Source: Dehalococcoidia bacterium (GTDB lineage Bacteria > Chloroflexota > Dehalococcoidia > Lucifugimonadales > UBA3495). Taken from it: 64,000 nt of DNA. Made by a program: the position numbers and the translations under genes. This document shows, piece after piece, positions 24,604 to 34,246 of this stretch. Location: contig CBDCPI010000013.1 of the NCBI GenBank assembly GCA_965220245.1, positions 456,900 to 520,899 of the forward strand, in the 5' to 3' direction. How positions within the stretch are numbered: position 1 is the first letter of the stretch; each line of letters starts with the position of its first letter. Below the pieces are notes generated by a model. It did not search any database. It had not been told where the DNA came from and saw only the letters and a program-made list of their open reading frames with translations.

Positions 24604-25497
24604 TTACGATTTGAGGAATTCTACTATCCGGGGATTTACCTCTTCCGGCTTTTCTTGGTGCATGAAGTGGCCCGTACCGGGGATAATCACTTTTTCCAGC
24701 CCGCCCGTGAAAAACCGGTCCATGGCTTCACTCTCGAAGGCATCCAACCTTTTGGGGCGGTCCCGCGTGCCATGCAGCGCCAAGGTGGGTACGGTGACGG
24801 GACCGCTGTTGACCCGGTCTTGGTCCTCCCGCAGGGACGGGTCTTGAAGCGCCGGGTTGTACCTGGCCCGGTAGTAGTTAAGGGCGGCCTCAACAACTCC
24901 GGGCTTACGGAAGGTCTCTCGGATGCTTTGCAGGTCCGACTGGGGAATGTCCCACTCCGGGGAAGCGTCCCGCCACCACTCCTCGACGAAAGCGAAGTCG
25001 TTATAGGCCACTGCCTGTTCAGCAAAGGGCAACTGGAAGAAGTAAGAATGCCAGGTCCCCTTGAGGTATTGATAGCTCATTTGCAAGTCTTGGTCGACAC
25101 GGCCAGAGGCGATGATGACCAGCTTGTTCACCTTCTCCGGTTCAAGGACTGTAGCGCCAATAACGGCTCCGGCTCCCCAGTCATTACCGATGAGATAGGC
25201 TTGCTCAGCTCCCAGAGCGCCGATCAGGGCCAGCACATCCTTGCAAAGGAGGACGGCTTGGTACCGGCCGTCCTTTGGCGGCTCGGTGGGTGCATACCCT
25301 CGCATGAACGGCGCAACCGCCCTGAAGCCCGCTTGGGCCAAGTCGGGCAGCAGGCGCCGGAAAGAGTATGCGTGGTCCGGAAACCCGTGGAAGCACAGCG
25401 CCAGCGGTCCTTGGCCCATTTCCAGGTAATGAAAATTGATCTCGTTGGCGCGCACTGTTCCCATATTGAAATCAGCCATCATTCCTCCTGGGCTCAT
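24604..25497 (-). CDS. Alpha/beta hydrolase, epoxide-hydrolase / haloalkane-dehalogenase type
   Basis: 297 aa. HGFPD..YSFR motif and an Asp nucleophile elbow, LIGNDWGA. Confidence 0.85.
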   Translation of the reverse strand: MSPGGMMADFNMGTVRANEINFHYLEMGQGPLALCFHGFPDHAYSFRRLLPDLAQAGFRAVAPFMRGYAPTEPPKDGRYQAVLLCKDVLALIGALGAEQAYLIGNDWGAGAVIGATVLEPEKVNKLVIIASGRVDQDLQMSYQYLKGTWHSYFFQLPFAEQAVAYNDFAFVEEWWRDASPEWDIPQSDLQSIRETFRKPGVVEAALNYYRARYNPALQDPSLREDQDRVNSGPVTVPTLALHGTRDRPKRLDAFESEAMDRFFTGGLEKVIIPGTGHFMHQEKPEEVNPRIVEFLKS

Positions 25498-25577
25498 ACG
25501 TCACCGGACTAAGGTCCATCCAACGTGCTCCGGGCAACGGGCTACGACATCACTTATTCGTCCAGCAGGCGGCGAGT

Positions 25578-26481
25578 CTAGAACTCTTTGATGCGTGGTA
25601 GCACTTCCCGCCCAAACAGCTCTATCTCCTTCATTACGTGCTTGTGGTCTATGCCCGGCTGCTGGAAGGCCAGGTCAACCACTCCAACGCCGCACTGTTC
25701 GTGGAACGCCTTTAGTTGCTTTACCACAGTGTCGGGACTGCCAACGAAACCCACCATCCCTCTAACGCTGCGCTCTGCACCGGCATTACCTCCGGCGGCA
25801 AACACCTTGCGTCCGTCGAAAGTCTCCCCGGCGCGTGCCGATTGCACCACCCGGGCCACGGTGGGGCCAACGGCCGGTCCGCGTTGCACTCCCAGAGCTT
25901 CCAGACCATCAAGGAAGGATTCCGCCTCCCGGTCCGTGTCACCCAAGCAGGTGCCTCCGCGATATACAATCTGGTGCGGTCTAGGTTCCCAGCCCGCCTC
26001 CCGGCATTCTTGGATGTAATTGGCCGTGACGCGCGCAGTGTCGTCCACCGAATCGTAGGATACACCCAGACCCAGGCCATTGACGGCAGCGTACCGGACG
26101 GCATCGCCGCTCCCAGTGGCCACAATCACCGGCGGGTGCGGCCGCTGCACCGGTCTGGGCCATACGGAAACGGTGCGGTAGCGGTAGTAACGGCCCTCCC
26201 AAGAAAAGGGCTGGGGCTCGGTCAAAGCCCGGATTATCAGGTCGATAGCCTCCGTCAGCCTCTCCCGCCCTTCGGCAATGGGGCCACCGCCTTTCGGCGA
26301 TGGAAACGCTAACACTGACCCAATCGAACCCCACATCTTCGGCCAGTACACACTCGGCCATTCCCTCGTGATAGCTGCGCATGGCTATCTCGGAGTCTTG
26401 GAGGGCGGAGGGCACGGGCCAGGCAGGAGGGAATTTGTGCCTGTCTGCGTACCCCATACATGCAAAGTATGACGCCATCAT
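25578..26481 (-). pseudogene. LLM-class (luciferase-like) flavin monooxygenase with an internal deletion and frameshift
   Basis: The N-terminal ~60 codons (MMASYFACMGY...AEDVGFDWVSVS) and the C-terminal ~240 codons (...ERLTEAIDLIIRAL... to LPRIKEF) lie in different frames. They abut near 26300-26330. About 95 residues present in the intact paralog at 35534-36679 are missing. Confidence 0.65.
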
Positions 26482-26605
26482 GGAAACGCTCTCCTGCCTG
26501 CACCCCGGTCTCTTACGACCGCGAGAATGGGCCGCGAGGATGGGGCGATGGTAGGCGACGGCCCGGTGACTGTCAACGGCATCATTGGACCTCAGCGGGC
26601 TTGAC

Positions 26606-26830
26606 CTAAGTTTCACTCATCGCACCAACGCCGGGAATGTCCGGAAAGACTACACCATAGGCTCCCTCGTCACCGTCTATCAGGGCCGGATATCAAATCA
26701 CGGTATCATCGTACTCTGTCCAACCCGCCTTCTTCGCAATAGTGCGGGCCATCCGGTCCTGCGCGGAACGATGATGCTGTGCGTGGAGCGGGACTACGCC
26801 AGCACGCGAAAAGCAGGCAAAACTAACCTA
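26606..26830 (-). pseudogene. Possible decayed hicA-hicB toxin-antitoxin pair
   Basis: One minus-strand frame reads ...VVPLHAQHHRSAQDRMARTIAKKAGWTEYDDTVI*YPALIDGDEGAYGVVFPDIPGVGAMSET*. The first part resembles a HicA C-terminus. The second resembles the HicB N-terminal YP..l...eGgY.V.FPDiPG...G.T motif. Stops interrupt both parts. Confidence 0.3.
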
Positions 26831-27010
26831 TCCTCAGGCATGTACGCTTGAGGAACGCAGGGTAAACAAACCCTAGACCTCTGTGTCTAGAGAGGTGAGG
26901 AGAGGTCCGATATGAACCAACGAAAGGGCCTGCACATTAAACGCTGCCCTTCCTCTTGGAGCACGGCTATGGACCGGTCCCGCTCCAGACGCGGGCCGCC
27001 GGGGGCGCCG

Positions 27011-27493
27011 TTACCCGAAGGGCCACCACCACTTCTTCTTGCTTCCCCCCGTCTTGGCCCTACTCTCCTGGACCGGAGCAGGATTGATAAGTTGGTCAAC
27101 AACGCCGTTAAACTTCTGTAGGTCCAGCGGCTTCTGACAATAGTGGGAGATGGGGATACCCATAGAGTACACGAAGGAGCGCTGGCTTTGAGTAGAGGTC
27201 AGCACCATCACTGGTATGGATTTCAGATCGGTATCCAGGCTCAACTCTTTCAGGACCTCATTGCCATCCTGATTGGGCATGGCCAAGTCTAAGAGAATTA
27301 AGTCCGGGTGGGAGTCGTTAGCGAATTCGCCTTCCATTCGGAGCATCGATAGCGCGACGTGGCCGTCGTCCGCAACCTTTACGTTCACCGAAAACCCCGA
27401 GTCGTCCAAGGTCCTCTTGGTTAACTCGACATCTCCGGGATTGTCTTCAACTAATAGAATGTCTATTGGCCTTCCACTAGATCCAAGCGTCAA
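27011..27493 (-). CDS. Single-domain response regulator (CheY-like receiver), orphan
   Basis: 160 aa. ILLVEDNPGD...DLILLDLAMP...PVMVLTS...KP. No kinase or output domain lies nearby. Confidence 0.85.
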   Translation of the reverse strand: MTLGSSGRPIDILLVEDNPGDVELTKRTLDDSGFSVNVKVADDGHVALSMLRMEGEFANDSHPDLILLDLAMPNQDGNEVLKELSLDTDLKSIPVMVLTSTQSQRSFVYSMGIPISHYCQKPLDLQKFNGVVDQLINPAPVQESRAKTGGSKKKWWWPFG

Positions 27494-27888
27494 CGCCTAA
27501 GCCCTCATTAACCGAATCTTGGAAAATTTACCAGGAGACGGCCCCGCGGCGCTACCGAAACAATACCAAGAAGCTACTTGGTTCCCCCTACGACCCTACC
27601 TGCGAAGGCAGTTTCAACGGTATCCCCATCGGTAGGCCACTGTACGGCCAATTCCGTCACGATATTCTGTCGTACAAGCCTATAGGTGTCAAGATGAGAA
27701 TATACAGGCGGATTATGTTGACCAAGGTGTGTCCGATTGGCGTATCTCCCCTGTGTGCCCCTCCGGGCTCAGGGCTGTATACTTGACGGGTCACTCGCCG
27801 GCGCCAATGATGAGACCACCGGTCCGGGGTTGCGAATGCTTTACCGCATTATTGAAGTAAGAAACTAAGGCCAAAGGGACAGAAACTC

Positions 27889-28401
27889 TTGTCGCAATTC
27901 GAAGCGTCACCCCTTAGCCGCTCGACGATTACCCTTCAGGTGAACGGTCACTTGCATCGGCTGGAAGTGAGGCACCACTGGACCCTTTTGCAGGTCTTAC
28001 GGGAACAATTGGACCTGACCGGCGCCAAGAACGGTTGTGACCGGGGAGAATGCGGTTCCTGCACCGTGTTGTTAGCTAGCAAGCCGGTCTACGCCTGTCA
28101 ACTCTTGGCGGTACAAGTGGGGGAGCGGCCGGTCGTCACGGTAGAGGGCCTATCCGGCAACGATGCTTTGGCGCCACTACAGCAAGCATTCTTGGACAAC
28201 GACGGGGCCCAGTGCGGGTTTTGCACTCCCGGTGTCTTGGTCACGATCAAAGCCTTACTCGATGCCAATCCCCAACCTACCGACCAGCAAATCCGGGAAG
28301 CGCTTTCGGGAAATCTGTGCCGCTGCAACGCTTATGGAAGGATTATCCAGTCTGCAAAAGAGGCAGCGCGCTTGGGCTCTGCGGAGGTTAATAGGCCATG
28401 A
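27889..28401 (+). CDS. [2Fe-2S]-binding small subunit of a xanthine dehydrogenase-family Mo-hydroxylase
   Basis: 170 aa with the Cys motifs CDRGECGSCTV and CGFCTPG...CRC. Confidence 0.9.
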   Translation: MSQFEASPLSRSTITLQVNGHLHRLEVRHHWTLLQVLREQLDLTGAKNGCDRGECGSCTVLLASKPVYACQLLAVQVGERPVVTVEGLSGNDALAPLQQAFLDNDGAQCGFCTPGVLVTIKALLDANPQPTDQQIREALSGNLCRCNAYGRIIQSAKEAARLGSAEVNRP

Positions 28402-30650
28402 CCCTTTCGGCAGCCGGACAAACCGTCACTCGCCAGGGCCTAGAGGAAAAACTTTCCGGGCAGGCAAAGTACTCGGCCGATCTTAAGCTGCCCGGTATGC
28501 TCTACGGCCGGGTGCTGCGCAGCTCTCACCCTCATGCCGAAGTGTTGAGTATCGACGCCTCCCGGGCGGCACAACTGCCCGGCGTTTACGCCGTGGTCAC
28601 GCCCTTTGACGCTCCTCCGGGGCGAGTTGCTGCCGATACCGGCATCTTGGATACACGGGTGCGCTTTATGGGCGACGAAGTCGCGGCCGTCGCCGCAGTG
28701 GATGACGACACGGCGCTTCAAGCATTGGACCTCATCACCGTTGAGTACGATGTGTTGCCCTTTGTGCTGGACCCGGAAGAATCCCTTGTGCCAGATGCTG
28801 CCCCGATTCATCCCGGGGGCAACCTGGCAACGCCGCCGCTTTCCTTGGAGAGGGGCGACGTGGCTCAAGGGTTTGCCGAGGCCGACTTGGTCTTGGAAGA
28901 GGAATACCGGGTACCGACTCACTCTGCCGCGTCCATGGAGCCCCGGGCTGCCTTGGCTTCTTGGACCGATGGCAGCGTGACCGTTTGGAAGTCCAGCCGG
29001 GGCGTCCACGTTGACCGGGCGGCCTTGGCTGCGGCTTTGGGCTTGCCCTTGGACCGAGTCCGAATAGTTGGCCCATACCTCGGTGGCGGATTTGGCAACA
29101 AGGACGAGTCTCGCTTGGCGGCCTTGGCCGCGGTGCTGGCCCAACGGGCCGAAAGGCCGGTCCGCATCGAGTATTCCCGGGGGGACGAGTTCATTGCCGG
29201 AAGGGTGCGTCACGCCGCCCGGCTCAAGACCAAGGTTGGCCTTAAGCGAGACGGCAGCTTAACCGCCATTCACACCACAGCAATACTTAACACCGGCGCC
29301 TATCTCTCTTCGGGACCCGGGGTGGCCCGGCGCACCGGCCAAGCATCCCTGTACCTCTACCACTGCGCCAACGCCAAGTACGAGGCCAAGGTGGCTTACA
29401 CCAACCGGCCGGTGGCCGGGTCTTACCGGGCTTTGGGAGCGCCCCAAGGCCACTTCGCCTTGGAATCCCTGATGGACCGGGCCGCCGAGACCCTTGGCAT
29501 GGACCCATTAGAGTTCCGCCTGCAGAACCGGGTCCGCCCCGATGGCCAACCGGGCTCCCGGGTCTCACCGCCGGACCAGATTATCGACAGCCAGCCGGTT
29601 GAGGGAGGCATTCCCTTCTCCAGCAACGGTCTGGAGCAGTGTCTGCGGCAAGGGGCTGAAGCCTTTGGTTGGCAGCGACATCGGAACTCCACGAAGTCCA
29701 AGGATGTTTCCCTCCGGACCGGATGCGGCTTGAGCATCATGATTTACCGGGGCGGCCCGGGCTCACCGTCATCGGCGGAGGTCCGCGTTGATCCGCCGGG
29801 CGGCTTCACCGTGGTCGTCGGCCTGATCGATGTTGGCGAGGGAGCAACCACGGTTCTCGCTCAAATGGCGGCGGAGATTTTGGGGGTGGGTTATGAGGAG
29901 GTGAAGGTAGTCTCCGCTGACACCGCGGACACTCCGGACGCCCCCATTACCGCCGGGTCCACCGCGACCTTTTCGACCGGCGCCGCAGTGGTAGAAGCCG
30001 CAACCAAGTTACGGGAGCATCTATTGGCCGCAGCCTCCACCGGTCTGGAAGCCCCGGTACAGAACTTGGAGATGGTCCTTGGGGCGGTCAGTGTCAAGGG
30101 GGACCCGGAGCGCCGGATGCCCTTGGCCGAAGTGGCCGCATCGCTGGACGCCGACCAGATGTCTGTCTTGGCTTCCATTATTCCCGGCAGCCCTGATTAC
30201 GTCGTCAACTCCTTTGGCGCCCACTTTGCCGAAGTCGAAGTGGACATAGACACCGGACGAGTGCGGGTGCTGCGGTACGTGGCGGCCCAAGACTCGGGCC
30301 GGATTATCAACCCTCAGACCGCCTTGAACCAGGTCGAGGGCGCGGTATCCCAAATGCTAGGGTTTACTTTCTGGGAGGAGTTGGTCACCGACCGCCCGAC
30401 GGGTGTGACCGTGAATGCCAGCTACCTGGAACATAAGGCTACAACCATCATGGACTATCCGGATATTCAGGTGATTTTCGCCGACGTAGTCGATCCGGTG
30501 GGCCCCTTGGGGGCCAAGGGTCTGGGCGAAGTCCCTTGTCCGGGAGTCGCGCCCGCAATCGCCAACGCCATTTACGATGCCATAGGCATTCGATTTACGG
30601 AGTTGCCGATAACTCCGGCGCGGGTGCTCCAAGCATTAAGCGCCAAGTGA
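28398..30650 (+). CDS. Molybdopterin-binding large subunit of a xanthine dehydrogenase / aldehyde oxidase-family enzyme
   Basis: 750 aa. The start overlaps the upstream stop (ATGA). Has GSYRALGAPQG in place of the form-I CO-dehydrogenase loop VAYRCSFR. Confidence 0.9.
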   Translation: MTLSAAGQTVTRQGLEEKLSGQAKYSADLKLPGMLYGRVLRSSHPHAEVLSIDASRAAQLPGVYAVVTPFDAPPGRVAADTGILDTRVRFMGDEVAAVAAVDDDTALQALDLITVEYDVLPFVLDPEESLVPDAAPIHPGGNLATPPLSLERGDVAQGFAEADLVLEEEYRVPTHSAASMEPRAALASWTDGSVTVWKSSRGVHVDRAALAAALGLPLDRVRIVGPYLGGGFGNKDESRLAALAAVLAQRAERPVRIEYSRGDEFIAGRVRHAARLKTKVGLKRDGSLTAIHTTAILNTGAYLSSGPGVARRTGQASLYLYHCANAKYEAKVAYTNRPVAGSYRALGAPQGHFALESLMDRAAETLGMDPLEFRLQNRVRPDGQPGSRVSPPDQIIDSQPVEGGIPFSSNGLEQCLRQGAEAFGWQRHRNSTKSKDVSLRTGCGLSIMIYRGGPGSPSSAEVRVDPPGGFTVVVGLIDVGEGATTVLAQMAAEILGVGYEEVKVVSADTADTPDAPITAGSTATFSTGAAVVEAATKLREHLLAAASTGLEAPVQNLEMVLGAVSVKGDPERRMPLAEVAASLDADQMSVLASIIPGSPDYVVNSFGAHFAEVEVDIDTGRVRVLRYVAAQDSGRIINPQTALNQVEGAVSQMLGFTFWEELVTDRPTGVTVNASYLEHKATTIMDYPDIQVIFADVVDPVGPLGAKGLGEVPCPGVAPAIANAIYDAIGIRFTELPITPARVLQALSAK

Positions 30651-30691
30651 CCCTCAAGACCGTCCCCAATCGACTGTAAGGAAACTAATCA

Positions 30692-31690
30692 TTGCGCCCG
30701 TTTGAATACTTGGAGCCGGGGGCCATCGCTGAAGCCGTCGACCTGTGTCTGGCACGGCCCAGCGAGACCCAGTTTATTGCCGGCGGTACCGACCTGCTCA
30801 CGGAGATAAAGGAGGGCGTTGCCAACCCCAAGCGCTTGGTAGGTCTGAGCGCAATACCCGGCTTGCAGGAAATCCAAGAAACCGAAGACGGGCTATCCAT
30901 CGGCGCCATGACCACTATCGCCGAGGTGGCCGAACACCCGGTTATTCGCTCGGGATTTGCTGCGTTGGCGGAAGCCGCGGCGGGCCTGGCTACGCCGCAG
31001 ATACGCAATTTGGCGACTTTGGGCGGTAACCTGAACCAACGCCCCCGTTGTTGGTATTACCGGCATCCCCTGACGGTGTGCCTTAAAAAGGGCGGCGACC
31101 GGTGCTACGCTCTTGCCGGGGACAGCCGCTACTTGTGCGTTACCGGTGGTGAAGGATGCTATATCGTCCATCCGTCGGATACGGCAGTGGCGCTCACCGC
31201 TTTGGGGGCGTTGGTTGAAATAGCCGGCCCTTCCGGGCTGAGGGTTTTGCCCCTAGAACAGTTCTTTGCTGGCCCAAGCCGTGACCTAACCCGGGAAAAC
31301 GTGCTTGGCCCCGGAGAGTTGGTGACCCGGGTTATATTGCCGACACTGCCAGTATCCGAGACTTCGGACAGTTCTCGGACCAGCGTGTATCTAAAAGCCA
31401 GGGAGCGGGAAGGAGGAGATTTCGCTCTGGTCAGCGCGGCGATGGTGTGGTTCTTGAGTGGGGCCTCAATAGCCCATGCTTCCTTGGTGCTGGGCGGTGT
31501 GGCGCCCGTCCCTTACCGGGCGACGCAAGTTGAGCAATACTTGATCGACCGGCCCTTGCATGAAGTGAACCCGGAGCACGCTGCCAGCTTGGCCCTGCCT
31601 CAGGCTACGCCTATGCCTGACAACGCCTACAAAGTAGTCTTGGCGTCTAATCTGGTTAAGCAGGCTATACGCCTCATGTTGCAGAACTAG
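30692..31690 (+). CDS. FAD-binding medium subunit (CoxM/XdhB-like) of the Mo-hydroxylase
   Basis: 332 aa. N-terminal F.Y..P....A......FIAGGTDL pattern. Confidence 0.85.
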   Translation: MRPFEYLEPGAIAEAVDLCLARPSETQFIAGGTDLLTEIKEGVANPKRLVGLSAIPGLQEIQETEDGLSIGAMTTIAEVAEHPVIRSGFAALAEAAAGLATPQIRNLATLGGNLNQRPRCWYYRHPLTVCLKKGGDRCYALAGDSRYLCVTGGEGCYIVHPSDTAVALTALGALVEIAGPSGLRVLPLEQFFAGPSRDLTRENVLGPGELVTRVILPTLPVSETSDSSRTSVYLKAREREGGDFALVSAAMVWFLSGASIAHASLVLGGVAPVPYRATQVEQYLIDRPLHEVNPEHAASLALPQATPMPDNAYKVVLASNLVKQAIRLMLQN

Positions 31691-31810
31691 ACCAAGCCCC
31701 GCTCCGGGTTTCGGCTACGTTATGTTCACCCGATGGAAGTCCCTTAGCTCCGTCTCGCTCATCCTGATCGAAGCGAAACGGAGCGGCAGGCCCTATCCTG
31801 AGGGTAGCAG

Positions 31811-32254
31811 CTAGTCGGCAGGGACCGGCGACGCCTGAAGCAGTTGGGTCCTCGCCCGGATTTGCTCGTCCCAGCCGCGCACCCGCATATCGATCATCAA
31901 GCCGTCGGGCCCCTTGTACTTGCGATTGACGGCGCTGCTCCCAGGACATTCGGTGCCCTCGGCGCCTTCCGCTCGCTCGAAGGTGGCAACCGCCTCCTCC
32001 AAGTCGTCCACGTAGAAACCGATGTGGTGGACACCGGCCACCGTAGAGGGTCCCTCGCCTAGATTGGGTGCTTCATCGCTGCCGAGCTTAAGGACAGCGA
32101 AGTAGATGTAGCCGTCGCTCAACCAGACCCCGTCTTCCCCCGTGTCTCTGGGCTTCCGGTGAAGTTCCTGCAGGCCGAAAACCTCTTTATAGAACTCAGC
32201 GGTCTTGACCGGGTCTTCGGTATGCAGGGCTATGTGTTTAATCCGTGCCATCAT
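31811..32254 (-). CDS. VOC-family (glyoxalase / bleomycin-resistance / dioxygenase) protein
   Basis: 147 aa. IKHIALHTEDPVKTAEFYKEVFG...GVHHIGFYVDDLE. Confidence 0.8.
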   Translation of the reverse strand: MMARIKHIALHTEDPVKTAEFYKEVFGLQELHRKPRDTGEDGVWLSDGYIYFAVLKLGSDEAPNLGEGPSTVAGVHHIGFYVDDLEEAVATFERAEGAEGTECPGSSAVNRKYKGPDGLMIDMRVRGWDEQIRARTQLLQASPVPAD

Positions 32255-32402
32255 CTACCTCTCTCGCACCGGCGGCGAACGATGTACCTATTGGAGGGCT
32301 CTAATATTGATGTGACGCCCGCCCCGGCTTGTCTATTTTTGGAGTAAGCTAACTAATATCGACTAAATGTCCGTAGTGCGATTCCCTTGCGGTGGCTCGT
32401 GA

Positions 32403-34145
32403 CTACCGGCCCATGGCGTACCCGTCGCGGCGGGGGTCGCCGCCGCCGCTTAGGCCGCCCCGTTGGTGGTCGACTTGGACCGCGCACACACACCCCAGCC
32501 GGAAGGTCCAGTCGTCCCAGATTTCCACCCGGTGGCCCATCCGCCTCAATTCCGCAATCGTGTGAGCCGGGATACGTCCTTCAACACCTACTAGACCCGG
32601 ATGGTAGGCGTGAGGCCAAAAGGAGTTGGGGAAGCTCCAGGTCGAGACCCGCGGGGCTTCGATAGCCTGCTGCACGTCCATGCCGAACTCGGCCACGTTC
32701 AAGAAGAACTGGACCATGGACTGGGGTTGCACGTCCCCGCCCGGAGTGCCGAAGGGCATCCACACCTTGCCATTTTGGAAAGACAGGGCCGGGTTGGGGG
32801 TTAGCCGGGGCCGCTTCCCCGGCTCAATGGCGCAAGGGTGCTGGGGATCGAGCCAGCTTTGAGAGCCCCGGGCCGAGATAACGAAGCCCAGTCCCCGGGC
32901 CAAGGGGGCGGTGCCCAGACTGTCACTCGGGGTAGCCGAGAAGGCGTTACCCCACTGGTCGACCACGCAGACATAGCTGGTATCGGCCTGCAACCTCCCG
33001 GAAACCGGTTCGGGATGCTCCACTCCCGCACCGGGTATCCCGGCATCTTGGTACGGCCACGGATCGCCCGCATAAGGCATCTGAGGGTTCGCTTGTTCCG
33101 GATCGATGGCCCGACGGCGCTCGGCGGCATAGGCCTTGCTTAGCAGTCCGTCCATGGGCACATCTACGAAGTCCGGGTCGCCATAGTAGCTATGGCGGTC
33201 GGCAAAAGCCAACTTCTGCGCCTCCAACAGCGTGTGTAGGTAGGCCGGACTGTTGTGGCCCATTCCCTTCAAGTCGAAGTCCTCCAGGATATGGAGGGTC
33301 TGAATATTGACGGGGCCTTGGCACCAAGGGCCGCAGGTATAAACTTCGACTCCCTTGTAGCTGCCGATGGCGGGCGGCTCCAGCTTGGCTTGGAACTCCG
33401 CCAAATCATCCATGGACAGAAGCCCCCCCTGCTCCTGGCAGAATCGCACCATCTCTTCGGCGATCTGACCCCGGTAAAAAAAGTCGCGTGCGGCTTGGAG
33501 GGCGGCCTCGCGTCCTTGCTGGACGGTGGCGCATTCTACGTCAATTAGCCGCCGGAAGGTCCTCCCCAAGTCTTGTTGCACCAGCACATCACCAATTGCC
33601 GGTGCATGGCCGTCGGGGAAGAACACCTCTTGGGTGCTGGTCCAGCCGGCGGCTCTCACCCGTCCGGCCAGTCCGGAAAGCGCCCTTTGCAAAGTGGCCG
33701 GGATGGGAAATCCCTTTTCCGCTATCTCCAACGCCGGGGTTACCACTTGCTTGAAAGTCATGGTCCCGTAGAGCTTCAGGGCGGTGATCCAAGCGTCGGC
33801 AGCAGCCGGCGTGACGGTGCGCAGAATACCCGCTGGCATATCGCCGCCGTGATGCTGCTGAAAGTAATCGGTGCTGGCGGCTTTGGGCCAGCGTCCCAAT
33901 CCAGCGATGGTGACGGTCTCTTGGCGCTGGGCATCGTGAAGAATTATGGGCGCCACGCCACCAAAGCTAGTGTATTGAGGAAGCGTGACGTTGATAGTGA
34001 TTCCGGCCGCCACGCCAGCGTCGGTGGCATTTCCCCCTTGCTCCAGAATCCGGTACGCCGCCGCGGTAGCCAGGTAATGACCTGACGACGCCATGTGGGT
34101 AGCCCCGGTGATCAAAGGGCGGTAGCTTCTCAGACCGATAGCCAC
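32403..34145 (-). CDS. ggt: Gamma-glutamyltransferase-family protein (no signal peptide)
   Basis: 580 aa. The autoprocessing Thr context QADTSYVCVVDQWGNAFSATPS and the late GTPGG motif are GGT hallmarks. Confidence 0.85.
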   Translation of the reverse strand: MAIGLRSYRPLITGATHMASSGHYLATAAAYRILEQGGNATDAGVAAGITINVTLPQYTSFGGVAPIILHDAQRQETVTIAGLGRWPKAASTDYFQQHHGGDMPAGILRTVTPAAADAWITALKLYGTMTFKQVVTPALEIAEKGFPIPATLQRALSGLAGRVRAAGWTSTQEVFFPDGHAPAIGDVLVQQDLGRTFRRLIDVECATVQQGREAALQAARDFFYRGQIAEEMVRFCQEQGGLLSMDDLAEFQAKLEPPAIGSYKGVEVYTCGPWCQGPVNIQTLHILEDFDLKGMGHNSPAYLHTLLEAQKLAFADRHSYYGDPDFVDVPMDGLLSKAYAAERRRAIDPEQANPQMPYAGDPWPYQDAGIPGAGVEHPEPVSGRLQADTSYVCVVDQWGNAFSATPSDSLGTAPLARGLGFVISARGSQSWLDPQHPCAIEPGKRPRLTPNPALSFQNGKVWMPFGTPGGDVQPQSMVQFFLNVAEFGMDVQQAIEAPRVSTWSFPNSFWPHAYHPGLVGVEGRIPAHTIAELRRMGHRVEIWDDWTFRLGCVCAVQVDHQRGGLSGGGDPRRDGYAMGR

Positions 34146-34246
34146 GATGCGCCTCCCTTGGCTGCCGGATGAAGTCAGTGGTAGCAGATTGAGGCAAGCA
34201 TAGCCGTGGGCTGGCTAATGTGTCAACGGAATCGGACCGGATGAAG

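Noticed and set aside
27494-27888. A riboswitch (for example the Moco motif) or other structured leader in the 395-bp spacer upstream of the Mo-hydroxylase operon.
   Set aside because: I could not match any conserved riboswitch core from memory. Only vague strings such as cccctccgggctcagggc are present. A covariance-model scan is needed before any claim.
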